Below are positions 1 to 6,816 of a stretch of 11,489 nucleotides of DNA, piece by piece. The notes under the pieces are model-generated. The model did not search any database and was not told where the DNA came from. It saw nothing but the letters and a program-made list of their open reading frames with translations. The position numbers and the translations under genes were made by a program. Numbering within the stretch: the first letter of the stretch is position 1; each line of letters opens with the position of its first letter. This DNA is from an uncultured Verrucomicrobiae bacterium (GTDB taxonomy: Bacteria; Verrucomicrobiota; Verrucomicrobiia; Limisphaerales; JAFGQR01), in contig CAWBHS010000046.1 of assembly GCA_963788655.1 (NCBI GenBank), positions 1 through 11,489 of the forward strand, given 5' to 3'.

Positions 1-1
1 C

Positions 2-205
2 TCACGCGAGCGGTAGCCATTTGGAAAGCGGTGGCAACTCCTCCATCGTCTTCGCTTTCTGCATCTGCTCCGCAACCCAGTCCGGGTGACTCCACATCGT
101 AGCGGCATTCGGATAGGAAACTGCGAGCCAAATGATGAACAGCAGGAAAAGAATCGCCGCAATAAGATTCGCCCGGAACAGTCTTTTGGTCGAATTGGAT
201 TTCAC
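2..205 (-). CDS. Integron cassette gene (cassette 2): small hypothetical protein with one N-terminal hydrophobic segment; may extend beyond the window if the 3' end is frameshifted
   Basis: GTG at 205-203 lies 12 nt after the reconstituted core GTTAGGC, a typical cassette gene position. Translation MKSNSTKRLFRANLIAAILFLLFIIWLAVSYP... includes a TM/signal-like stretch. The ORF-track ATG at 235 lies inside intron domain VI, so it is not the start. Confidence 0.55.
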   Translation of the reverse strand: MKSNSTKRLFRANLIAAILFLLFIIWLAVSYPNAATMWSHPDWVAEQMQKAKTMEELPPLSKWLPLA

Positions 206-219
206 GAGGGGTAACCCGC

Positions 220-294
220 ACCGGGTAGGCGTCATTGGTTACCCGCCGACGCCCCCCTAAGAACCGTACGTGAAAGTTTCCCTTCATACGGCTC
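220..294 (-). ncRNA. Group II intron catalytic domain V (294-261) and domain VI with branch A
   Basis: DV is GAGCCGTATGAAGGGAAACTTTCACGTACGGTTC (34 nt, AGC triad, GAAA loop). DVI is GGGGGCGTCG...TGACGCCT-A-CCC with the bulged A 7 nt from the 3' end. Confidence 0.93.
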
Positions 295-375
295 AAGCCT
301 TTCAAAGGCCGTCGTTGATCCGGACGACCCAGCTATCAGAGTTTTGGCCATAATAACAAGCCTTTCGAGAGCCGA

Positions 376-1866
376 TTATACGCCCCCGGTCGCCCGAGGC
401 GAGCCGTTTCCTACGGGGTAACTGCGCCAGGCAAAGCACCGACGCTTCTCGAAATACTTGACCCAGTCCGGATGATAAGGATTGGCCTCGGCTTTCACTT
501 TAATGTGCCGATCCATCACCGTCTGGAGCAGATTCCGCAGCTTCAACAATCGCGGCTCGCCGTCTCGGGTGCGAACCCAAGTCGAAAAGCAGCCTTTGCC
601 AGCGGCGGGATAATATTTGCGGCGTCGCCAAGTCCAGGATTTCTTGGGATGCCGCCGTTTCATCCATCGCCAGAGCAGGTCGTTCACTTACCGATCAACC
701 TGATAGAATGCTTCTCGGGCGACGACATGGCGGTGGTAGTTGGCCCACCCCCGCAGGATTGGATTTAACGTTCGGATTAACACTTCGGTCGCCAGACCCC
801 GACCTTGCCGAATGCACTGTCGGGCTTTCTCCCGTATCCCGGCAATCGCCTTGCGGGAGGGAGTGATCCGAAGTTTCTTTCCCCGTTTGCGCAGGTTCTG
901 TCCCAGGAAGTCAAAACCTTCCTCGATATGGGTGATCTTGGTCTTTTCCTCTGAGAGACTCAGGCCCCGTTCCTTCAGGAAGGAGGCGATCACCGGTTTG
1001 ACCTTGTCTTCGAGGGTTTCCCGACGTGCCGCCGTGACCACAAAGTCATCCGCATAGCGGATGAAGTTGACCTTGTCATGGCGCGGTCGGATCGCCGCCC
1101 GGATGGCGACTTCCAACCCATCGAGGGTCAGGTTGGCCAACAAAGGGGAGGCGATGCCCCCTTGCGGTGCTCCCGCTTCGGTCGGAAAGAGCCGACCTGC
1201 TTCCAGATAACCGGCGCGCAGCCATTTGCTCAGGATCTCGCGATCCATCGGGATGTGCTGGAGCAACCAGTCGTGGCTGATTTCGTCGAAACAGCTTTTA
1301 ATATCCCCTTCCAGAACCCAGACCGGCGCGTAGCTCTTGGCCAGTGCGTTGAAGCACTGCCCAATGGCATCGGCGCAACTACGGCCTTCCCGGAAACCAT
1401 AGGAGTTCTTGTCAGCGCAAGTCTCCGCAATCGGTTTCAAAGCCAAGGCATGGAGGGCTTGATGGGCGCGGTCAGTCATCACCGGAATACTGAGCGGCCT
1501 TAATTTGCCGTTCTTTTTCGGGATGTAGAGACGCCTCAGGGGTTGCGGTTGATAGCCGCGTTGTTTGAGGCGCGATACCGCTGCGAACTTTTGTGAATCG
1601 GTTCGCCAGACCTGTCCATCGACTCCGGGCGTGGCGTGTCCTTTGTTACTCGTCACCCGTTGAACGGCCAGTAATTTGGCCGCGCCCGAGTGCGTAAGAA
1701 TCCACTGCAGGGCTTTTGCCCGACCGTGGTCGTTTTCTCTGACCGCCTTGGCAATACGCATCTGCAGCCGTTTGACCGAGGCGCGCACGGATTCCCAGTT
1801 CAGGGCTTTCCATGCGGTGCCGCGACCGGAGGACGCACCAGTCGATCCCGAAAGATCAACCGTCAT
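376..1866 (-). pseudogene. ltrA: Group II intron reverse transcriptase/maturase (IEP), interrupted by one in-frame TAA at 690-688; no HNH endonuclease domain
   Basis: RT motifs TPGVDG, RRLYIPKKNGKLRPLSIP, SYGFREGRS, VLEGDIKSCFD, PQGGIASPLLAN and RYADD, plus maturase LNPILRGWANY. ORFs 688..1884 and 376..687 are in the same frame (GAT CGG TAA GTG AAC) and continue LLWRWMKRRHP...HIKVKAEANPY. Likely start is ATG 1866, behind a GGGGGAG RBS. Confidence 0.92.
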
Positions 1867-2115
1867 TTGCTTCTCCCCCTGCATCGGTTCTACCTATTCT
1901 CTTGCCAAGAAAGACCCGATCGAAGTGGGTCTATCCGATCCATTACAGACCGGTTTTTACTTTTTCGATCCTCTCAAAGCTGCTTCCCCTGAGCCGGCCT
2001 TGCGGTGGGCTTGCCTGGAGACCGTCCAGGCGGGATACCCGCAGCTTTTCCATGTTCCGCATTCATCACGAGATGGGTTAGGTCCACTCTGTACACCGGC
2101 GGTGCGCCATTCGCG

Positions 2116-2138
2116 TCGGGCCACGTTAGACGACCCGA
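2116..2138 (-). other. Intron domain I EBS1 stem-loop
   Basis: Minus strand TCGGGTCG-TCTAACG-TGGCCCGA forms an 8-bp stem with two G.U pairs. The loop CUAACG pairs 6/6 with the last six 5'-exon bases CGTTAG. Confidence 0.85.
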
Positions 2139-2428
2139 ACCTGACCGCTGGCCTTATTTTGGCCTGAGCCTTAAAACAGCCTCGTCTGGCTCGTTCCTCT
2201 GACGATGCTTGCGAGTGTTTAATTAGTTTGACCGTACCATCCGATTCTAGCGCCGCACCCGGATTGAGGCTCCCAGGCTGGCTACATTGTCGGGAAGGCT
2301 TCACACCCTGGACAGTAGCCTTGCGGCCGCCCGTCCAACGCATGCTTCCCTGGAATACCTGCCGCGAAAGGCAGGACTGAGTCAGGTTGCCCATGCTCAG
2401 CAGTGATGAATGCGACTTCATGTCACAA

Positions 2429-2532
2429 CTAACGACCAAGCTGAGCGACTGACATGAGCGCGCCGACGACATCCGATTGCAACCAAGACGCCGCCCGCGC
2501 TCATGGCAGTTCGCTCCAGCGTCTGGTTGGAC
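2429..2532 (-). other. Integron attC recombination site (about 106 bp when reconstituted), with R' split by the intron
   Basis: Minus strand order: R'' GTCCAAC (2532-2526), 5-nt spacer, L'' GCTGGAGC (8 nt, extra base), GAAC, long inner palindrome (ACTGCCATGAGCGCG...CGCGCTCATGTCAGT), GTC, L' GCTCAGC (2446-2440), 6-nt spacer, R' GTTAG (2433-2429) completed by GC at 219-218. The box asymmetry fixes the top strand as minus. Confidence 0.9.
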
Positions 2533-2686
2533 TGCGCTCGTTCCATGCGGTGATGGACTACGCGGCCCGAAACAACTGGAGCGAGCAATTGCTTGTGGAT
2601 GTCTGCAAGAAAAAGTTTGGCCGCGTGCGTCAAGGAGTTGGCGTGCTGCGTGAGAGTTACCGTTCGATGCTCGCCGCGCAGTCCAA
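2433..2686 (-). mobile_element. Integron gene cassette 1 (254 bp), apparently ORF-less
   Basis: Begins G|TTGGACTGCGC (2687-2676). Its attC begins with the exact 12-bp complement GCGCAGTCCAAC (2537-2526), as expected for the two halves of one cassette's R site. Only 148 bp lie between the two cores, with no convincing self-contained ORF. Confidence 0.75.
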
Positions 2687-2720
2687 CTATTATTATGCTA
2701 CCAGTGAACACATAATGAAC
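2681..2720 (-). other. attI-like primary recombination site
   Basis: Minus strand GTTCATTATGTGTTCACTGGTAGCATAATAATA-GTTGGAC: a GTTRRRY core preceded by an AT-rich degenerate L box (GCATAAT) rather than an attC hairpin. The core matches cassette 1 R''. Confidence 0.55.
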
Positions 2721-2999
2721 TTGCCAAGTTGTTGACAACAGGGCACCAAGGAAAAACAAGGTTGAAGCTGAGGCGATACCACGAATGCCGGCGGTAATTC
2801 GGTTGCGGCATCAGCCCTTTTCCACGGAACAATCCGATTGTAGCTGGCTCCGGCACTCCATTCGCTTCCGGCCCCGGGGGCCCACCAGGGCGTGTCGGCC
2901 TCAACCCAATACCAAGCATTCTCAGCATGGGGATTCTTTTATCAACAAGTAATGGATCGGTCACGGTAAAAAGAGCGGCGCTGGGTAAGCTGGCGCCCG

Positions 3000-5792
3000 T
3001 TACTTCAATTCCGCCAGGGCCTCCAGCAGCTCGGTTTCGATGCGTTTCTGCCGCTTCGCCTCCAGTATTTTCCGGCCGTCGTTGGCGGTGACGTAAAAGG
3101 TGTCCACGGCGGCGCCTTTCTCGGTGAGGATTTTGGCGAGGGAAATGTTGAGCTCCAATTCCGCCAGCGCCCGGGAGATGCGGAACAGCAGACCCAGGTG
3201 GTCTTCGGTTTCGATTTCGATCACGGTTTGGGTGGCGGACGCCGTGTTGTCAATCTGGATGGTGGTGGGCAGTTCCTCCCCGGCCAAGCCAAAGTAGAGG
3301 GGGCGCCCGGGGCGTTTTCCTTGGATGAGCCGCTCCAGGTTGAAGTCTTCGTCCGTCAACGCCGCGGTGAGCAGCCGCCCAAATTCCTGGCGCTCGTCCA
3401 CGGTCACGAGGCTGCCGGTGCGGGCATCCGCCACGGAGAAGGTGTCCAGGACGACTTTATCGGTGCGCGTAAAGACTTCGGCGCCGAGGATGTTGATGCC
3501 GGCGGCACTGAAGGCGCAGGTGATCTGGCTGAACAGGCCGGCGCGATCCCAGGTGCAGATTTTGGCCTTGGAATAGCCGCGGTCCCGTTGGTGGTGCCAG
3601 GTGATCACCGGTTCGAGCCCCCGTTTGCCGTCCGCCAATTGCCGGCGCATGAATCGCCGCACTTGGAGGAGATCCTTGGCAATGTCTTTCACACTGTGGA
3701 CGGTGAAATAGCGGGGGGGCAGGTCCTGGAAATGGCCGGCAATTTCCTCCGGCGTGACCCGCCGCTTCACGGTCCGCCCCACCTGTTCCGCCAGCAGTTC
3801 CCGGTGCCGGGTTTCGGCGGCGATGAATTCCGTGCTGCCGGCAAGAACGCGGGCCGACTTTTGGTGCAACTCGAGCAGGAGCGTGTTCTTGAAGCCGTTC
3901 CACAGATTGAGGCTGGTGCCCAGGGAATCGGCCAGCGTGTGCAGGGTCAGCATCCGGAGGTTTTCCAGGGACTGCACTTGGGCGGCGAAATGCCGGATCA
4001 CCGCCGGGTCGTCGAGATCCCGGCGTTGGGACACTTGCGCCATGGTGAGGTGCTGTTTCACCAGCAACCGCAGGATGTGCGCGGTGCTGCCGTCCAGGCC
4101 CAGGCGCCGGGCGACGCGCAGGGCAATTTCGCCACCCGCTTCCGCGTGATCTCCTTGATTCAGCGGCTTGGCCGAATCGTGCAACAGCATCGCCAGATAC
4201 AGCACAAAGGGCCGGGCCACTTCCGAGAAATATTCCGCGTAATATTTGTACGGCGGTTCGACGGCTTCCCAGACCCGGTCCAGTTGCTCGAGGCAATGCA
4301 GCGTATGTTCGTCGGCGGAATAGACATGATAGAATTCGTGCTGCACCAGGCAGGTGAGTTTGCCGAACTCGGGCAGGTATTTTCCCAAGAAACCCACCTC
4401 GTGCATCGTCCGGAGGATGCGCCCCACGTTCCCCCGCTGGTTGAGAATTTCCAGGAACGTCTCGCGGATGTGTTCATCCTTGAGGAAGGCGCGGTCCACC
4501 AGCGGCAATTCCCGGCGAATGAGCTGCGCCAGATCCGGGTGCAATTTCAGTCCCCGCTGCTGGGCATACAGGAACACGCGCATCAGCCGGCGCGGCTGGT
4601 CGCGAAACACTCGCAGGCTCGTGTAATGAATCTGCCCACCCTTGATTGTGAAGCCGTCCAGCAATTGTTCCTTCTCCGGGCGAAACGTGCCGGTGAGGAA
4701 CTTGCCCAGCGCCGCTAAGCGCCCGCGTTGCGGCAGCAACGCCAGCCGCTCCTCCAGGGTGCGGGTAATCAGGTACAGATAGCGTAAATGCACGTACAGA
4801 TCGCGCATGAAGCGCTCGAGGCGCCGGCTGGGGGAACGCTCCGCGTAGCCCAGTTCGAGCGCCACCGCCGGTTGCAGCACGCGCTGGAGCACGTCTTGTG
4901 AGCGGCCGACCTGGTAGTGCATTTCGTTGCGCACTTGCAGCAAGAAATCATACGCCCGCTCCAATTGTTTGCGCTCGGCCGGGGTGATCAACTCCTGTTG
5001 CTCCATTTCGGCCAGGGTGCGGGTGCGGTATTTAAAGAAGGCCATCCAGTGCAGGTTCTGATAATCGCGCAAGCCCCCGCAACCGTTTTTGACGTTGGGC
5101 TCCTGCATCGTCGGCGAATCACCAAATTTCATCCGCCGGGCGGTTTGATCTTCAATCCGCGCGTTGAGGTATTGTTCTTCGTGTCCTTCCACGCATTTGG
5201 CAATGACCGTCCGCTGGAACTTCTCGAACAGCACCTGGTTGCCGGTGATCAGCCGCGCCTCGATCAACGAGGTCTTGGTTTCCATGCTTTTGGGAGTCCG
5301 CGCATCGTTCGAGTTCTCCACGCAATCCGCGACGCTGCGCACCGAATGGCCGACCTTGAAGCCCAGGTCCCATAGCGGCAGCAGCAACCCGTCCATCAGC
5401 TTGCGCAGCGCCGGCAACGGTTTGGTGTGATAAGCGACCACCTGGCCTTCGTGCAGGAACATGAGGTCCAGGTCGCTGTACGGACACAACTCCGCGCGGC
5501 CGTAACCGCCCAACGCCACCAGGGCCAACGGGGGAAATTCTTTTTGCGCCTGGACCGAAAGCTCGTTGCGCGCCGTGTCCCACAAATGGCACAGCAGCAA
5601 ATCCACCATCGCCGCCCGGCTCTCGCACACGTCCCGTCCACCCGCGCCCGCCCGATGGTGCATCTTCAATCGTTGGGATTCGACCTTGAGGTAATTCTTG
5701 AATTGCGCCAACCGTTGCGCCGCCGTTTGGTCCGGCGAGGCCACCAACCGGGACTTCGCGCTTTTTTCAATCTTTTCAACCAGTGTTCGCAT
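3000..5792 (-). CDS. glnD: [Protein-PII] uridylyltransferase / uridylyl-removing enzyme GlnD (about 930 aa)
   Basis: NTase motif ALGGYGRAELCPYSDLDL, EPNVKNGCGGLRD, HD domain (YSADEHTL...LLHDSAK) and two C-terminal ACT domains (DRAGLF, DHLGLLF...AVDTFYV). Start moved to ATG 5792 (MRTLVEK) because the longer N-terminus runs through repeat DNA. Confidence 0.96.
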   Translation of the reverse strand: MRTLVEKIEKSAKSRLVASPDQTAAQRLAQFKNYLKVESQRLKMHHRAGAGGRDVCESRAAMVDLLLCHLWDTARNELSVQAQKEFPPLALVALGGYGRAELCPYSDLDLMFLHEGQVVAYHTKPLPALRKLMDGLLLPLWDLGFKVGHSVRSVADCVENSNDARTPKSMETKTSLIEARLITGNQVLFEKFQRTVIAKCVEGHEEQYLNARIEDQTARRMKFGDSPTMQEPNVKNGCGGLRDYQNLHWMAFFKYRTRTLAEMEQQELITPAERKQLERAYDFLLQVRNEMHYQVGRSQDVLQRVLQPAVALELGYAERSPSRRLERFMRDLYVHLRYLYLITRTLEERLALLPQRGRLAALGKFLTGTFRPEKEQLLDGFTIKGGQIHYTSLRVFRDQPRRLMRVFLYAQQRGLKLHPDLAQLIRRELPLVDRAFLKDEHIRETFLEILNQRGNVGRILRTMHEVGFLGKYLPEFGKLTCLVQHEFYHVYSADEHTLHCLEQLDRVWEAVEPPYKYYAEYFSEVARPFVLYLAMLLHDSAKPLNQGDHAEAGGEIALRVARRLGLDGSTAHILRLLVKQHLTMAQVSQRRDLDDPAVIRHFAAQVQSLENLRMLTLHTLADSLGTSLNLWNGFKNTLLLELHQKSARVLAGSTEFIAAETRHRELLAEQVGRTVKRRVTPEEIAGHFQDLPPRYFTVHSVKDIAKDLLQVRRFMRRQLADGKRGLEPVITWHHQRDRGYSKAKICTWDRAGLFSQITCAFSAAGINILGAEVFTRTDKVVLDTFSVADARTGSLVTVDERQEFGRLLTAALTDEDFNLERLIQGKRPGRPLYFGLAGEELPTTIQIDNTASATQTVIEIETEDHLGLLFRISRALAELELNISLAKILTEKGAAVDTFYVTANDGRKILEAKRQKRIETELLEALAELK

Positions 5793-5888
5793 CCGGGCGC
5801 AAGGTAGGCCGCAAAGCGGCTTTGGCGCAAGGGAACAGGGGCAGGAGGGGAGAAAGTGTGAAGGGGCAGGACAGAAGCTTTGAATGGG

Positions 5889-6036
5889 AATGACCAATGG
5901 CCAAGGACCAATGACCAGAGAATTCCCAAGAACCAATGATTAGCGAGCCGGCAGCCCGCTTTGTGAAATTGACATTGGTGCTTGGGGTTTGGTCCTGGGC
6001 ATTCTTTGGGATTTGGTTCATTGAACATTGGTCATT
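5889..6036. repeat. Inverted pair of degenerate heptamer arrays (AATGACC)n ... (TTGGTCA)n
   Basis: Left arm 5889-5939 is AATGACC AATGGCC AAGGACC AATGACC AGAGAATTCCC AAGAACC AATGA. The reverse complement of the right arm (5973-6036) is AATGACC AATGTTC AATGAACC AAATCCC AAAGAATGCCC AGGACC AAACCCC AAGCACC AATG. Confidence 0.8.
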
Positions 6037-6080
6037 GTGCTCAAGCCCTGTTCATTGGCGTGGCTCCCCTGCATTCGTTT

Positions 6081-6104
6081 CTGCCGGCGAGACGCCGGCA
6101 GCAC
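6081..6104. repeat. REP-like GC-rich palindrome
   Basis: CTGCCGGCG-AGA-CGCCGGCAG-CAC: perfect 9-bp stem with a 3-nt loop, intergenic, no U tract. Confidence 0.55.
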
Positions 6105-6118
6105 GCTGGTTTTCTTCC

Positions 6119-6146
6119 GCAACCTTGTGGGTTGGCCGGTTTTTGA
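6119..6146 (+). promoter_or_regulatory. Putative ECF-sigma autoregulatory promoter
   Basis: GCAACCTT-N10-CGGTTTTTGA ends 15 nt before the sigma ATG. The same motif and spacing recur at 6775-6802, and the AAC -35 core is typical of ECF promoters. Confidence 0.6.
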
Positions 6147-6161
6147 TAGATTTCTCTCGGA

Positions 6162-6773
6162 ATGTCCGCGGATATCGATCCAGATGCCCAGTTGATGCTG
6201 CGAGTCAAGCGAGGTGATCGCGAGGCGTTCACCACGCTGGTGGACAAGTATAAACAACCAATCATGAACCTCGTCTATCGAACCGTCCATGATTACACGG
6301 AAGCAGAGGATCTGGCTCAACACGTTTTTCTTCAGGTATTTAAATCGGCGCACCGGTACCAGGTGACCGCCAAGTTCTCCACCTGGCTGTTTACGATTGC
6401 CCGCAACTTGTGCCTCAACGAAATCCGCCGGCGTTCCCGGCATCCGGCCGAATCCATGGACGAAACCACCGGCGACGGCGACGACCAACCCCTGCGGCAG
6501 ATCGAGGACAACCGCGCCTTTTCCGCGCCGGACGCCCTGCTGCAGACCGAGTTGGAGGACAAGATCGAAGAAGCCCTGGCCGCGTTGCCGGAAAAGCAGC
6601 GCACGGCCATCACGCTTTGCCGACAAAACGAGTTGTCTTACGAGGACATCGCCAAAGTGCTGGATTGCTCGCTGTCCGCCACCAAATCGCTGATTCACCG
6701 GGGGCGGGAAACCCTCAAAGAAAAGCTTAAGCCCTATTTGGCCACCGGCGCCTGGCGGGAGAACAATCATTGA
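6162..6773 (+). CDS. ECF-family sigma-70 factor (RpoE/SigW-like), 203 aa
   Basis: Region 2 DAQLMLRVKRGDREAF...AEDLAQHVFLQVF...KFSTWLFTIARNLCLNEIRRR; region 4 ALAALPEKQRTAITL...LSYEDIAKVLDCSLSATKSLIHRGR. Confidence 0.95.
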   Translation: MSADIDPDAQLMLRVKRGDREAFTTLVDKYKQPIMNLVYRTVHDYTEAEDLAQHVFLQVFKSAHRYQVTAKFSTWLFTIARNLCLNEIRRRSRHPAESMDETTGDGDDQPLRQIEDNRAFSAPDALLQTELEDKIEEALAALPEKQRTAITLCRQNELSYEDIAKVLDCSLSATKSLIHRGRETLKEKLKPYLATGAWRENNH

Positions 6774-6774
6774 T

Positions 6775-6802
6775 GAAACTTTATGCCAATCACGGTTTTA
6801 AA
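6775..6802 (+). promoter_or_regulatory. Second putative ECF-type promoter, upstream of the anti-sigma gene
   Basis: GAAACTTT-N10-CGGTTTTAAA, with spacing identical to the 6119 copy. It also reads as GAAACTT-N16-TTAAA, resembling sigmaE-type GGAACTT-N16-TCAAA. Confidence 0.6.
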
Positions 6803-6816
6803 TGGGAAGGAACGGT

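Larger units (their letters stand above)
220..2428 (-). mobile_element. Full-length group II intron (2209 nt, IIB/CL1-like, endonuclease-minus) inserted in an attC R' core
   Basis: Minus strand starts TTGTGACATGAAGTCGC at 2428 and ends with domain V, domain VI and ...CCTACCCGGT at 220, with the RT ORF inside. EBS1 loop CTAACG (2129-2124) is complementary to the 5' exon CGTTAG (2434-2429). Joining the exons gives GTTAG|GC, a perfect GTTRRRY. Confidence 0.92.

Noticed and set aside
217..221. GTGCG on the minus strand as the 5' end of a second, tandem intron
   Set aside because: It is formed by the intron's last GT plus exon GCG, and the downstream sequence is a cassette ORF with no domain I features.
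206..235. ATG 235 as the start of the 77-aa ORF
   Set aside because: It lies within intron domain VI and crosses the splice site; GTG 205 fits cassette architecture.
376..687. Separate 103-aa gene
   Set aside because: It is the in-frame C-terminal continuation of the IEP after a single stop codon.
688..1884. RT as part of a retron, DGR or CRISPR-RT system
   Set aside because: The maturase domain, DV/DVI and EBS1-IBS1 pairing identify a group II intron; no template/variable repeat pair, cas genes or array are visible.
1957..2759. ORFs 1957..2472, 2418..2759 and 2454..2735
   Set aside because: They run across intron RNA domains, attC and the attI-like site, and have no recognisable protein features.
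2968..2997. Intrinsic terminator after glnD
   Set aside because: Only a 5-bp stem (GGCGC/GCGCC) with an 11-nt loop and a 4-nt gap before T5; too weak to call.
3198..4718. 506-aa plus-strand ORF and other long overlapping ORFs
   Set aside because: Antisense or off-frame shadows of GC-rich coding genes (glnD and others) with no motifs.
5889..6036. CRISPR array
   Set aside because: Units are 6-8 nt degenerate tandem repeats without unique spacers.
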